DNA from: a virus
Length of the DNA stretch: 64,000 bases
Direction: 5' to 3' (one strand)
IMG/VR virus record: IMGVR_UViG_3300045988_054550
Location: 7,976 to 71,975 of that record
Below, in pieces: positions 9,023 to 18,501 of this stretch; the stretch's first letter is position 1; each line of letters begins with the position of its first letter. The position numbers and the translations under genes were made by a program. The notes below the pieces were generated by a model that had not been told where the DNA came from, made no database searches, and worked only from the letters and a program-made list of their open reading frames with translations.

Positions 9023-9628
9023 TTATTCCTCCGCCTTAGATACAAAGATATTAGATTTTAAGATACAAACTGGGCGAACACCATTACAGTCGTCGCAAAT
9101 GTAGCTATTGACATTGCCTGAAAGGGAAACAACGACCAAGGCTTTCCTCCATCCACGTTCTTTCGTTGACCATGGCGATAATGTCCAATACCAGTCGTTC
9201 AGGTCATTGTTCGGTGTAATATCTGTGTATTCTCGTGCTTCATCAAACGTAATCGGTCGAATTTTACAATCAACAGTCCCCAATTTCTGTCCATCCGCAG
9301 TGATAATATCTGCTGTGTGTGTTTCGATATTTTCTGCATCGAATTCTTCTTCGAAGTCTTTCAGAATTTCAATGTCACACAGTTTCTTTACCTTTGATGT
9401 TTTGTAATCTGAGGTATCACCAAACTCTACATTTTCTTTCACCAGATCAAGCGAAATAATTTTCGTTGTATCTCCATACTGTTCCAGAACCTTGTATTTA
9501 CGCTTTCCAGTGGTCTGAAACACATCTCCTCGTTTCAGTGTTGACAACTCAACCTTTCCGGTTTCTTCCTGTTTTTCCAGAAGTTCAACCAGTTCCTTTG
9601 CTTTCTGTAAAATTTCTTTATTGTTCAT
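9023..9628 (-). CDS. hypothetical protein (DUF6273-like C-terminus)
   Basis: 201 aa. The WYWTLSPW...GVRPVCIL pattern recalls DUF6273. Recognition is weak. Confidence 0.35.
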   Translation of the reverse strand: MNNKEILQKAKELVELLEKQEETGKVELSTLKRGDVFQTTGKRKYKVLEQYGDTTKIISLDLVKENVEFGDTSDYKTSKVKKLCDIEILKDFEEEFDAENIETHTADIITADGQKLGTVDCKIRPITFDEAREYTDITPNNDLNDWYWTLSPWSTKERGWRKALVVVSLSGNVNSYICDDCNGVRPVCILKSNIFVSKAEE

Positions 9629-9629
9629 A

Positions 9630-10727
9630 TCACATTTCCTCCTGTTTCATAAAATCTGGGATGCTTGGCTCCTGTCCTGCTGCCGAAACTGGTTCTTTCT
9701 CGGCAGTCTTTACGAATTCTGCGACCGTTGGCTGCTTAGGTTGTTCTTCGATTGCTGCTGGTTCATCTCGGATAAATTCTTCTGCATTGGCGTTCTGCTC
9801 GATTTCTTCCTGCACTTCTCTGTATGTGGCATCCATCATGTTGTATTCGTAAGCCTGCACCGGATTATCCCATCTTTTAGGAATGGACTTCATAATGTTG
9901 TTTCGCATCTTACGAATAATCATTGATTCTCTTGACTGTGTTTCATAATAAGACGGTGAAATATATGGTCTTAATTCTTCACAATCAATGATTGCTTCCA
10001 GTTCTCCGATCTCAGCAACCTTTTTCATGATTTCTTTTTTCTTTGCTTCAATTTGGGCTTTCTGCGCATCTGTAGCTTTATATCTATCTGCACAAATTCC
10101 AAAAGTTTCATTCTGGAGATTATTCTTGATGTGCGCTGCAAGATTTTTCAGTACATCTGCTCTTTCACATGAAAGATATTCAATATGTCCGTCCTTATAC
10201 TGAATCGGATATACGATACGAACTACTTTGCCTACGCCAGATTCTTCCCATTCTGGTGGTGTAATTTCCACGCCTTTATGTCTTGGCGGTGTATACTTAT
10301 CACCCTCTCTAACCTTCCAGTACGGGAACACTTTAGCCACATTGACACCATATCTGCTTACAAGAGCGTCATTTCCATCGCCCTCAATCGCAAATTCGAT
10401 TTTCTTCTCCCACTGTGCCGGTTTTCCTTTTCCTGCTACGTTTACGTTTCTGATCTGGAAATAGCATTCTCTTGGCTGTGCATTTGCGTTCAGTTTCAAT
10501 GCTGCTACTTTCTGCATAACAGACTTTAAGTTTGATGTATTTACCGATTTCATATCAGTTCCACTTTCGTGAATCATCTGATAAATAGCCGCCATTGCTG
10601 ACACTACGCATTCTTTTGAATAAGAGTCGAACTCCATTCCTCTTGTTTCTAAATCTTCCTTCATCAGGTCTACATAACTGTTTGTCCATACTGAAAGAGT
10701 GGTGTTAAATGTTTTTGTTTCTGCCAT
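9630..10727 (-). CDS. recT: RecT-family single-strand annealing protein
   Basis: 365 aa with a RecT-like core (ALKLNANAQPRECYFQIRN...IEGDGNDALVSRYG). Flanked by an ATPase and a nuclease. Confidence 0.65.
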   Translation of the reverse strand: MAETKTFNTTLSVWTNSYVDLMKEDLETRGMEFDSYSKECVVSAMAAIYQMIHESGTDMKSVNTSNLKSVMQKVAALKLNANAQPRECYFQIRNVNVAGKGKPAQWEKKIEFAIEGDGNDALVSRYGVNVAKVFPYWKVREGDKYTPPRHKGVEITPPEWEESGVGKVVRIVYPIQYKDGHIEYLSCERADVLKNLAAHIKNNLQNETFGICADRYKATDAQKAQIEAKKKEIMKKVAEIGELEAIIDCEELRPYISPSYYETQSRESMIIRKMRNNIMKSIPKRWDNPVQAYEYNMMDATYREVQEEIEQNANAEEFIRDEPAAIEEQPKQPTVAEFVKTAEKEPVSAAGQEPSIPDFMKQEEM

Positions 10728-10745
10728 AACAATTCTCCTTTTCTA

Positions 10746-10982
10746 TTAATCGCAATAAGTTCTATTGCAAAACGGGCATCCTGTAATTAATTCCTTTGAT
10801 GCTCTCTCAACAGAAATTCCATTCCATTCTTTTCCACTTCTTGTTCGTCCTTTTTCGGAATAAATATTCTGCCCACAATCAAAGCATTTTCCACTACGCG
10901 GTGCAAAATGCGGATAACCTTTTTCCATGCAATATTTTTCCTGTGCTTTTGTTGCTTTTGAAATGTCATAAGTTTCTGCCAT
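10746..10982 (-). CDS. small zinc-binding protein
   Basis: 78 aa with CFDCGQ...CPFC. Confidence 0.5.
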   Translation of the reverse strand: MAETYDISKATKAQEKYCMEKGYPHFAPRSGKCFDCGQNIYSEKGRTRSGKEWNGISVERASKELITGCPFCNRTYCD

Positions 10983-11007
10983 TTTTATTCTCCTTTTCTG
11001 ATAATTA

Positions 11008-13035
11008 TTAAACTTCCGTTACTGTCATATCTCCCTCAGCAACTTTCAGGAAAATCAACTGTGCATCTGCCTTAATACCTGCCAGGCTGCTATTGTCCAG
11101 TTCTGCTGCACAGTCTATGAATATCGGATAACTCACGCCGTAAAACTTCTGCAAACCATCCATGATGGCAATTTTTCCTTTCATCATGAGGGCTGTATTG
11201 GCATTCCCGATCAGCTTTTTCCAGTTACCGTCCTTGTCCTGCACGTGCCAGATACAAGCGTCTACGACCTCACCGTTTTTCTGTGTATCGAACAGTTTCA
11301 CTTTAACTCCGTCAAAATACCGGTTTACTGCATCTTCAAGAGCTGTATTCTTCGCCATGCTCAGGGATTTTAGTTCATCCAGAATCATCTGCGCATCAGC
11401 TTTATTTTGCGCGTACTGTTTCTGGCTTTCCTGAAGCTTCTCGATCTGTTCGTCGATTCGGATGTTATTATTGGCTTCTCCGATTCTCTGATTTACTGCT
11501 GCCAATTCCTGTTTCTTGCCGGATAACTGCTCTGAAAGCTGTTTCTTTGCTTCTTCGCCATCGTCCAGAGAATTAAGCTCCTGTTCTTTCTCTTTGATTG
11601 TTGTAAGAATCTGCTGATATTCGGCGTTTTCTGAGAAATCTGGCTCTTTCGGTATAGCTTCCAGATTCTTGTTTTCTGCGTCCAGAGAAGTCTTAATCTG
11701 CTCTAATTCCCCTGCAAGTTTGGAAATCTCAGATGTGAGAGTTTCTTCCTGCTTATGTGCTTCTTTCATTCCGGCAGACGCTTTGTTGCCAGCCTGAATA
11801 ACTTCATCAAGTTTACGCTTCTTGTCCTGCTCCCAATCTTCCTGAGCTTTCAACTGCTGATTGATTCTTTCCTGTTTCTTCTGCTCGAATCTGCTCTTTA
11901 ACTGCTCAATCTGCTCTGATGGAAGATTCTGGCCGCAAGTCGGGCAAATGGTATCTGCATCATTGAATGTCTCAGATTCAATATTTTCCAGAACTGTGTC
12001 GTCCCATTCTGTGTCCTTGATTTTGGGATATTGCGTTCTGGCGTTCTGCAATTTTTCAAGAAGATCTTTTTTCTGTGCTCTCAGGTACTCCAATGCAGAA
12101 GCCTTTCTGTTCAACTCTGATGTTTTGATATTCCTGTCTAATTCAAGAGTGTTAACTTTATTGCAAACCGATGATTTCTGCTCTAACAAGTCCGCTTTAG
12201 CCTTTGAGTCTATCTCTAACAGTTTGGTTCTTAATCCTGCCAGTTCCGTTTTAATCTCTCCGGCTTTCTCGTTCCCTGCCTGTGCAATCTGCTTTTCGAG
12301 GTCAGAAATCTGTTCCTGCAAGGCGTTCTTCTGCAATTCCAGTTCGGCAACATCAGCGTCAACCTTTGACTGCTCCATGCCGATAATCTGGTTTGGAATG
12401 GCTTTCAACTGTTCCTCTGCCTTTTTCAGCGTTGCGTTGTTCATGGATTTGATTTCGTCTGCCTTATAAGTTTCCAGAAGTGGCACCAGTTCGGCACAGT
12501 CTGGAACTGTCTTGGCAATCTCTAAATCCGTTTTCCCGGCACCATCTGACATGGCGAACAGAATCTTTCTGGCATCTGCATCTTTCAAGTCTGTGAAGAT
12601 TTCCATATGCGACAGCATAAGAAAATTATCAAAGTCAAATCCTCGCTCTTTTAAATCAGCTTTAAAATCTCTTTCGGCTTTTGGAACGCCATTGTTTTCG
12701 TATTTGTTAGATAATGCAACCTTGCCCGGTTTTCCGTCCTTTGGTTTACTTTCTGTACGTTTCTGGAACTTCGCTACGCTTACCGGCTTTCCGTCAATTA
12801 CAATGTCAATATCGACTCTTGGCAGGCATTCTCTGCCATCATCCGGCCTTATATCTGGGTTGCTATTTAAACTGTAGTCCTTATCACAGAACACCCACAT
12901 AAAAGCGTCTGCCAGTGTGGTTTTCCCACATCCGTTCTTGCCGGAAACGATTGTTCTGTGTCCGAACCCTATTTTCTTTTCTGACTGACCTTTAAAATCG
13001 GTCAATCTAATCTCTCTTACTTCGATTTTCTTCAT
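11008..13035 (-). CDS. SbcC/Rad50-like AAA ATPase with long coiled coil
   Basis: Walker A GKNGCGKTT and a CPTCGQ zinc-hook-like motif in mid coiled coil. Start refined to MKKIEVREIRL. Confidence 0.7.
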   Translation of the reverse strand: MKKIEVREIRLTDFKGQSEKKIGFGHRTIVSGKNGCGKTTLADAFMWVFCDKDYSLNSNPDIRPDDGRECLPRVDIDIVIDGKPVSVAKFQKRTESKPKDGKPGKVALSNKYENNGVPKAERDFKADLKERGFDFDNFLMLSHMEIFTDLKDADARKILFAMSDGAGKTDLEIAKTVPDCAELVPLLETYKADEIKSMNNATLKKAEEQLKAIPNQIIGMEQSKVDADVAELELQKNALQEQISDLEKQIAQAGNEKAGEIKTELAGLRTKLLEIDSKAKADLLEQKSSVCNKVNTLELDRNIKTSELNRKASALEYLRAQKKDLLEKLQNARTQYPKIKDTEWDDTVLENIESETFNDADTICPTCGQNLPSEQIEQLKSRFEQKKQERINQQLKAQEDWEQDKKRKLDEVIQAGNKASAGMKEAHKQEETLTSEISKLAGELEQIKTSLDAENKNLEAIPKEPDFSENAEYQQILTTIKEKEQELNSLDDGEEAKKQLSEQLSGKKQELAAVNQRIGEANNNIRIDEQIEKLQESQKQYAQNKADAQMILDELKSLSMAKNTALEDAVNRYFDGVKVKLFDTQKNGEVVDACIWHVQDKDGNWKKLIGNANTALMMKGKIAIMDGLQKFYGVSYPIFIDCAAELDNSSLAGIKADAQLIFLKVAEGDMTVTEV

Positions 13036-13036
13036 A

Positions 13037-13669
13037 TTACAAAATCTCCAATCTTTTTGCTGATACATCCAGTTCCGTGATTCTCTCCTGTTTCTCTGAG
13101 CACCATCTTTCTCGGCTCTGGAATCTTCCGAATACCTTTAACTTCTGCCCTTTCTCAAGTTTTCTGACGGTCTCAGCGTTCTCATTCCAGACAAGGCATG
13201 AAATACAGTCTGATTTCTGGTGCCCGTTACGTCTCTTAGCTCTCTTAACGCTTAACAGGACTCTGGCAAGAATCCAGTTTCCTTTTTCTTCTCCCTCTTC
13301 TTTTACTACTTTCAGCGGGATAATGTTAATCACATCTCCGATCAGGTATACTTCGTTTGCATCCTTTTCTTCCGGTCTGTCAAGATAATCTATTCCCAAC
13401 GCCGTGACATAATCTACTGTAAGTTTATGGTCCTTCCGGCTTCTCATTTCTCCATACACGGAAACGGTAAAATCAGTTCCTCTTTTCACCATTTCTTCTG
13501 TGGTAATTACAGGAATAACGTCGTAAATACAGTTGTCTCGGAAAATGTGCATTTCTCCGGTATACATCTTCCTGCCATTATGGTTTTCATGTGTCTGGAT
13601 AAATCCCTGCGGAATATCTCCTGACAAAAGAACCTGATTTTCGCTACGCATTTTCATTTTCCGAATCAC
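13037..13669 (-). CDS. OB-fold SSB-like protein
   Basis: C-terminal ISCLVWNENAETVRKLEKGQKLKVFGRFQSRE matches the SSB OB-fold signature. Confidence 0.45.
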   Translation of the reverse strand: MIRKMKMRSENQVLLSGDIPQGFIQTHENHNGRKMYTGEMHIFRDNCIYDVIPVITTEEMVKRGTDFTVSVYGEMRSRKDHKLTVDYVTALGIDYLDRPEEKDANEVYLIGDVINIIPLKVVKEEGEEKGNWILARVLLSVKRAKRRNGHQKSDCISCLVWNENAETVRKLEKGQKLKVFGRFQSRERWCSEKQERITELDVSAKRLEIL

Positions 13670-13829
13670 CCTCTTTCAAAATCTTTGTAAGCATCAAACC
13701 GAGTGTTACGACTGTTTCTCTGAGATTCTTGTTTTCGACTTTAAGTTTCTTTCTTTCTTCCTCAAGGTCGGAAATGATCTCGCTTGCAAGTGTTGGCGTT
13801 TCTGTGTTCTGGATGTGTGTTTTTGACAT
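13644..13829 (-). CDS. small coiled-coil protein
   Basis: 61 aa ORF with GGAGGG RBS. Confidence 0.45.
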   Translation of the reverse strand: MSKTHIQNTETPTLASEIISDLEEERKKLKVENKNLRETVVTLGLMLTKILKEGDSENENA

Positions 13830-13960
13830 AAAAAATGCCCTCCTAATTATTTATTTGATAAATACAGGAAGGTGTGTTATACTTGTCCTGTATTTAACTT
13901 ACCCAATTAAGTTAGATACGCGGCTCCGTGTGGTATTTCCGGTACCCATGGAGCCAACTT

Positions 13961-14107
13961 TTAATCTGAGTCGAGACCTAACATGGCGATGCAAATTTTC
14001 TTGTCAATGATTACGCTCTCGCTAGAGTTGAGGTATGCTTTGAACGCCTTTAGTCTGCCAACTAATTCGGCGTATTCCTCGGCTACGGTCTCTGCTCTGA
14101 AATCCAT
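13961..14107 (-). CDS. small hypothetical protein (48 aa)
   Basis: Hand-translated MDFRAETVAEEYAELVGRLKAF... The start lies 1 nt after the upstream TAA. Confidence 0.35.
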   Translation of the reverse strand: MDFRAETVAEEYAELVGRLKAFKAYLNSSESVIIDKKICIAMLGLDSD

Positions 14108-14108
14108 C

Positions 14109-14405
14109 TTATTTTCTTTCTCCATCACAATCCTCCTCACAATACGGACATTTGTTATCCATCAAAATTTTGTTTAAATGGTCAGTTGCTTTCTTCGCAT
14201 TTTCTTCCTGCTGATAACCGCCCTCTGCAATGCTATACATATCAAACTCTCTTAATGATTCTTTCTTATATATGTTGATGTGCAAGCTGCATCCGATCTT
14301 GTAGTTTGCAAAATGAAATGCTACCGTTCTACCAGTTTCTTTCTGAACTCTCCTGCATAACTGGTACAGTTCATCTACGGTCTTATCAAAATCATTTATC
14401 TTCAT
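14109..14405 (-). CDS. hypothetical protein
   Basis: 98 aa with CPYCEEDC at the C-terminus. Confidence 0.5.
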   Translation of the reverse strand: MKINDFDKTVDELYQLCRRVQKETGRTVAFHFANYKIGCSLHINIYKKESLREFDMYSIAEGGYQQEENAKKATDHLNKILMDNKCPYCEEDCDGERK

Positions 14406-14637
14406 CGAAAAGCCCTCCGAATAAATCTTTAATAAGCGTTGTTACAGGTTCCTTGATTTTTTTGTTAAATTCTTCTTCGTTCATCAATCCGACTTTGACT
14501 GTTTTGTCAATATCCTGCTTCACAGATTCCTCTGTTTCTTTGTTGTCTTCCATAATAGTTACTTTGATTCCCCGAACGATAACAGCTAAGTCAGATATTA
14601 ATTCTGCTTTACTGCCTTCGAGTGTGATTTTTCCCAC
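14392..14637 (-). CDS. hypothetical protein
   Basis: 81 aa ORF with a GTG start and weak RBS. Confidence 0.4.
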   Translation of the reverse strand: MGKITLEGSKAELISDLAVIVRGIKVTIMEDNKETEESVKQDIDKTVKVGLMNEEEFNKKIKEPVTTLIKDLFGGLFDEDK

Positions 14638-14648
14638 TTTTGTATTAA

Positions 14649-14822
14649 TTATCTTTCTTTTCCTCCTATTTTCTTTGCTTCATCCGGGTAAATAACCACG
14701 AATGATAAGATAAACATTATGATTGCTACTGCAACCGGCTGTGATGCGCTGTCAAATCTCCAGAACGGCAGGTACGGTGACATACCGCCGATCAGAGCTG
14801 ACAGGATTAATGCTTTTGCCAT
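14649..14822 (-). CDS. small hydrophobic membrane protein (57 aa)
   Basis: GGAGGG RBS then ATG 14820-14822. MAKALILSALIGG...VAVAIIMFILSFVVIY. Preferred over the overlapping tracked ORF 14752..14940. Confidence 0.45.
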   Translation of the reverse strand: MAKALILSALIGGMSPYLPFWRFDSASQPVAVAIIMFILSFVVIYPDEAKKIGGKER

Positions 14823-14995
14823 TTTTGTGTCCCTCCGATTTTTTTAAGTCGTGAATTGGAACATGCTTATTTTGACGATGCTCATATTTGCCAAAAGTAT
14901 TTTCAAATTCGCAAAGAGTTCTCTGAACTTCTGGAAACACACGATGAACACTTTTTCTTAAATTTGGGAAAGAAATAAAATGTTCATCCAGTGTT

Positions 14996-15268
14996 TCAAA
15001 TGCCTAATCTGCGTGCGTTAGACAAAACATCAAGGGCATAGGCAAGATATGGTTCATCTATGCCCTTTTTAATATTTTCTTCCACCTGTTCTCCAAGGCT
15101 GAATGCCAGGCTTGCGATTATATCTTCCAGATACACTTCTTCACCATTTTCCTTTCGGACGAAATACTTTGCATTTCCGAGTTCGTTATCTCCACGCATC
15201 AGTTTTCCCGATTTAAGATTTCTGACAATTTTTAATTCTGTCACTTTCTCACCTCTTATGCTATTCAT
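14996..15268 (-). CDS. hypothetical protein (start refined to MNSIRGEK)
   Basis: The internal Met leaves room for the divergent promoter at 15269-15310. Confidence 0.4.
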   Translation of the reverse strand: MNSIRGEKVTELKIVRNLKSGKLMRGDNELGNAKYFVRKENGEEVYLEDIIASLAFSLGEQVEENIKKGIDEPYLAYALDVLSNARRLGI

Positions 15269-15310
15269 TCCCTTTTGTGGTATAATTTCCCCAGAAGGGA
15301 GGTGTACAAT

Positions 15311-15484
15311 ATGGATAATGCTCAGATCGCTTCTGTTTATGCACTTGCTAAAATCTGCGGATTTTCTGGTTCTTTTAATAATTTCAAAATTATGTACGAC
15401 CAATACTATTCCGAAGCTATTAAGAATCTTGAAAAGCAGTCTGACAATCATGCAGAGGTAAAAGCTTTCAAGCGTCCATTCTAA
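15311..15484 (+). CDS. small plus-strand protein (57 aa) with own promoter
   Basis: Extended -10 tgtggtataat, GGGAGG RBS and ATG at 15311. Opposite orientation to the surrounding operon. Confidence 0.5.
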   Translation: MDNAQIASVYALAKICGFSGSFNNFKIMYDQYYSEAIKNLEKQSDNHAEVKAFKRPF

Positions 15485-15487
15485 TTT

Positions 15488-15691
15488 TTACTCAGATGTG
15501 TTCTGCGTTGTTCTACCGATGTAGAGCACATCTTCATGTTTGAACTGGATTTCAAACTGGACTTTTTCGATATTCCATCGAAGTTCTACAACTCCTGCGT
15601 CGTCAAAAGTTATTTCATCGTACGCTTCATATGGTAAATACAATATGCGACCGTTTTTAAAACAGATTATTGTTTCATTGTCTACTTTCAA
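15488..15691 (-). CDS. hypothetical protein
   Basis: 67 aa with TTG start after AAAGGAGGA. Confidence 0.5.
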   Translation of the reverse strand: MKVDNETIICFKNGRILYLPYEAYDEITFDDAGVVELRWNIEKVQFEIQFKHEDVLYIGRTTQNTSE

Positions 15692-15706
15692 CTTGCATCC
15701 TCCTTT

Positions 15707-15949
15707 TCAATCATCAGCAATGCTTAAGTCCTCCCTGACCGCAAATGGTTCAGTGACAAACACGCCAGATTCTTGAATGATGACATCAATCTCAACATGG
15801 TGTTCATTCGTAAACTTCAATGAAAGTGTCGGTTCTTCTGGACTTCCACTTATGCTTGCTGATATATCGACAAGTTTAAAACCGATAATAGAATGAAAGA
15901 TTTCATCATTGTCACCGGGTATGTGCAATCGGCTATCAATATTTTTCAT
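15707..15949 (-). CDS. hypothetical protein
   Basis: 80 aa ORF. Confidence 0.5.
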   Translation of the reverse strand: MKNIDSRLHIPGDNDEIFHSIIGFKLVDISASISGSPEEPTLSLKFTNEHHVEIDVIIQESGVFVTEPFAVREDLSIADD

Positions 15950-15960
15950 TTGTTTTCCTC

Positions 15961-16665
15961 CTAGTCAGCTAATCTTCCCTGTGCATTGCAGTCTCGAATC
16001 ATAATCTTTGTATTTGCACATGGCGTCCATTCCTTGATATATTCAACTGCTTCCTGATACCTCAGTTTTGGAATGTTATTCCGGGCATTTACATCAAAGT
16101 AAGTTTTGACATCCCGGTTGCATTCTGCAAATACTTTCTTCCCGATCTCGTCGTAAGCATTGGATTTCTTGCCACCTAGCACTTCGATTACTACTCTGGA
16201 AACTAAATCTCCAAGATATTTCTGCTGTCCGTAGTCGATGGTCATTGTATTCTCAAGTTTCTCGATTCGTTCCTCATGGTCTTGATTGCCCTGAGCCAGT
16301 AACTGAATCTGTTCTGCTACGGTCATCGGTTTTCTGGAATCTTTCTCGAAATACTCATCCACCAGTCTGTCATACACTTCCCATGCCTTATCGGTGTTCA
16401 GTGACTTGGCATGGAGGAAAGCTCCTTTTTCTGTCCAGAGGTAGAGTTTATTGATTCTTGACGAAAGGTCAAATTGTCCTGTCGTCTTAAACTCTTTTAA
16501 TTCATTTCCTTCAAGGCAGATGAAATGCTTTCCTTCTAAGTATCTCTCCTTGTTGCGGTTAAAGTTCTTCGTGATTACTTCGGTTCCTGTCCCGTATGCT
16601 TCCGCAATCTGCTGAGTAGTCAGAACTCGGATGTCCTTATACTCTGTAATTTTCAATTCGTTCAT
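15961..16665 (-). CDS. phage antirepressor (ORF6N/KilA-N type N-domain)
   Basis: IRVLTTQQIAEAYGT...NFNRNKERYLEGKHFICLEG...LYLWTEKGAFLHAKSL is the ORF6N-domain pattern. Confidence 0.65.
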   Translation of the reverse strand: MNELKITEYKDIRVLTTQQIAEAYGTGTEVITKNFNRNKERYLEGKHFICLEGNELKEFKTTGQFDLSSRINKLYLWTEKGAFLHAKSLNTDKAWEVYDRLVDEYFEKDSRKPMTVAEQIQLLAQGNQDHEERIEKLENTMTIDYGQQKYLGDLVSRVVIEVLGGKKSNAYDEIGKKVFAECNRDVKTYFDVNARNNIPKLRYQEAVEYIKEWTPCANTKIMIRDCNAQGRLAD

Positions 16666-16756
16666 ATATCTCCTTTCTGTTGAGTTTGACTTCTTATCTC
16701 TTTATAATGTAAGTACAGGCACCGACATGCCGAGTAACTTGAAAGGAGATAAGAAT

Positions 16757-16933
16757 TTGATATTGCTTCCTTATATGGATGGTTTTTACCGCTCTGGTGA
16801 AAAAGTATCCGAAACTACTGTTTTCGCTTGTTGTAATTGCAACTCTAAAAGAACTGTAAAATCTGGTAAGTCCATCCCTAAGTGTTCAAAATGCAACGAT
16901 TATACCTATTGGTTTAAAATCGTAACGCTTTGA
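16757..16933 (+). CDS. small zinc-ribbon protein
   Basis: AAGGAG RBS plus TTG at 16757 (or ATG at 16775). CCNCNS...CSKCND. Confidence 0.4.
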   Translation: MILLPYMDGFYRSGEKVSETTVFACCNCNSKRTVKSGKSIPKCSKCNDYTYWFKIVTL

Positions 16934-17157
16934 TTACTTTCAATATCCGCAAACATTGTTTCTGGGTGATATTCATTCTTTAAATCACTGTTTTCATAAT
17001 CTATGGATTTCACTCGGAAACAAATGCTTGCACCGTTTTCGGTATTAAATACTTTTAAGTACTTATTCCCACCTTTTGAAAAGCACATCACTCTTGTTTT
17101 ATCTGGAACTCTGATGATTTGTGGTGAGAATAAATGCTTGATGATTCTTTTTAGCAT
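16906..17157 (-). CDS. hypothetical protein
   Basis: 83 aa ORF. Confidence 0.45.
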   Translation of the reverse strand: MLKRIIKHLFSPQIIRVPDKTRVMCFSKGGNKYLKVFNTENGASICFRVKSIDYENSDLKNEYHPETMFADIESNQSVTILNQ

Positions 17158-17169
17158 TATTCTCCTTTC

Positions 17170-17331
17170 TTAATCGCTATCTGTTGATGCTTCAACTTCT
17201 TTATGTTTTTTGCTCTCTACAGTATCGGCTACTCCATTCATATACCCTAAAATGTAGTGCTGTTTATCTTCTGGGAGCTTATTGATTCGTGTTGTTACAT
17301 CTCTGATAAGCTGTCTCTTTTCTTCTGACAT
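17170..17331 (-). CDS. first early-operon gene, 53 aa
   Basis: GGAGGTGAACAA RBS. MSEEKRQLIRDVTTRINKLPEDKQHYILGYMNG... Lies immediately downstream of the leftward promoter. Confidence 0.45.
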   Translation of the reverse strand: MSEEKRQLIRDVTTRINKLPEDKQHYILGYMNGVADTVESKKHKEVEASTDSD

Positions 17332-17365
17332 TTGTTCACCTCCATCTCTCTTACGTTATGAACGT

Positions 17366-17445
17366 ATAATATCACATCTGTAACGCATTGTCAACGTGTT
17401 TTTAAATATTTTTACGTTGACAACGTATTTTAAAAATGTTATACT
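17366..17445. promoter_or_regulatory. back-to-back divergent consensus promoters with ACGTTGACAA operators
   Basis: Rightward: TTGACA 17417-17422, 17 nt spacer, TATACT 17440-17445. Leftward: TTGACA (complement of 17389-17394), 17 nt spacer, TATTAT (complement of 17366-17371). Both -35 boxes are embedded in inverted (a)cgTTGACAa(cg) sites. Confidence 0.75.
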
Positions 17446-17477
17446 GTTACCATAAAATAAAGAAAGGAGGTGAGTAA

Positions 17478-17834
17478 ATGGGCGAGCGGTTGAAAGAGCT
17501 GCGAAAATACTTAGGACTTTCAAGAGAAGACTTTGCAAAAAAACTTGGTTTAAAAAGCCGTGGTAAAATTGAAAATATAGAACTTGGAAGAACAGTTCCA
17601 GATGATGATTTTCTAAAATTGATCTGTACTACTTATAAGGTTTCTTATGACTGGCTTGTGAGCGGCGACGGTAACATGTTTATGGATGACGATGGCGATG
17701 CGCAGGCTATCGTAGATTCGGTAATGACCGGGGATAATGAATTTGCTAAAAAAATCCTTGTAAAGTTCGCAAAGCTTAGCGAAGAGCATTGGAAGCAGCT
17801 TGAAGAAATTTTGACCGAATTAGAAAGCAACTAA
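17478..17834 (+). CDS. XRE-family HTH repressor (CI-like)
   Basis: LKELRKYLGLSREDFAKKLGLKSRGKIENIELGR is a classic XRE HTH. Divergent from the early operon. Confidence 0.8.
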   Translation: MGERLKELRKYLGLSREDFAKKLGLKSRGKIENIELGRTVPDDDFLKLICTTYKVSYDWLVSGDGNMFMDDDGDAQAIVDSVMTGDNEFAKKILVKFAKLSEEHWKQLEEILTELESN

Positions 17835-17835
17835 T

Positions 17836-17872
17836 AAAAAAAGGACTGGGGTAAAAATCCCGGTCTTTTTTT
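17836..17872 (+). terminator. rho-independent terminator
   Basis: ggactgggg..tcccggtc hairpin followed by a T-run. Confidence 0.55.
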
Positions 17873-17939
17873 GCGTTTTAACTATACTATCAGTCTTTTG
17901 TGTATTATAATATATAAAAAATCACCAAGGAGGACTTAA

Positions 17940-18089
17940 ATGAGAAAAAGAAAAACTATCGACAAAATTACCAGAAAAATAAAATGCCCGGCAATCACTT
18001 GTCGGAGCGCCAATGTGCAGATAATTAGCAGGGGTTTCTTTTCTACTAAATATCAATGCAAAAAATGCGGGCGCGTTTTTAAGGGATAG
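17940..18089 (+). CDS. small zinc-ribbon protein (49 aa)
   Basis: AAGGAGGA RBS. CPAITC...CKKCG. Confidence 0.45.
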   Translation: MRKRKTIDKITRKIKCPAITCRSANVQIISRGFFSTKYQCKKCGRVFKG

Positions 18090-18292
18090 TCCAAAAGCCA
18101 AATATATATTGGTGGGGTAACATCTTTACGGAGTATAAGAAAACTAAAGTAGGGGATTTGGAATTTGGAGAAGAAACGGGAACTGCCATTACGGGCAAAA
18201 TCAATGAAATGATAGGATCAAAATATGATGTTCTGAGTTCGGATATTATTTTTCGGCTTCTCCAGATGATTTAAAAACAGAATAACAAATTT

Positions 18293-18322
18293 GCCCCTGT
18301 AAACGCAGGGGCTTTTATTTTT
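18293..18322. terminator. bidirectional terminator
   Basis: GCCCCTG-taaac-GCAGGGGC followed by TTTTATTTTT. Confidence 0.65.
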
Positions 18323-18501
18323 ACTTTTCTTTTAAATACAAATATTCTAACAGTTTATATACCCGTTTTAATGTTTCTTCTGTTTTAACCTTTTCTAATA
18401 AAGCCATTATTTTCCCTTTATAATCCATAAATAGCCCTCCCTGTCACAACTACCACCTATACCACAGTATATGTCCGGCTTGTGGGAAATAGAACCGAAC
18501 A

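Noticed and set aside
14752-14940. Tracked 62 aa minus-strand ORF.
   Set aside because: The alternative frame (14649..14822) has a GGAGGG RBS, an ATG start and a coherent membrane-protein sequence. The tracked ORF lacks an RBS and overlaps it.
18090-18290. A 60-codon open frame (..NIYWWGNIFTEYKKTKVGDLEFGEETGTAITGKINEMIGSKYDVLSSDIIFRLLQMI) with no start codon, lying in the -1 frame after the zinc-ribbon ORF.
   Set aside because: There is no initiation codon or canonical slippery site. It is most simply the 3' remnant of a deleted gene, and is not annotated as a feature.
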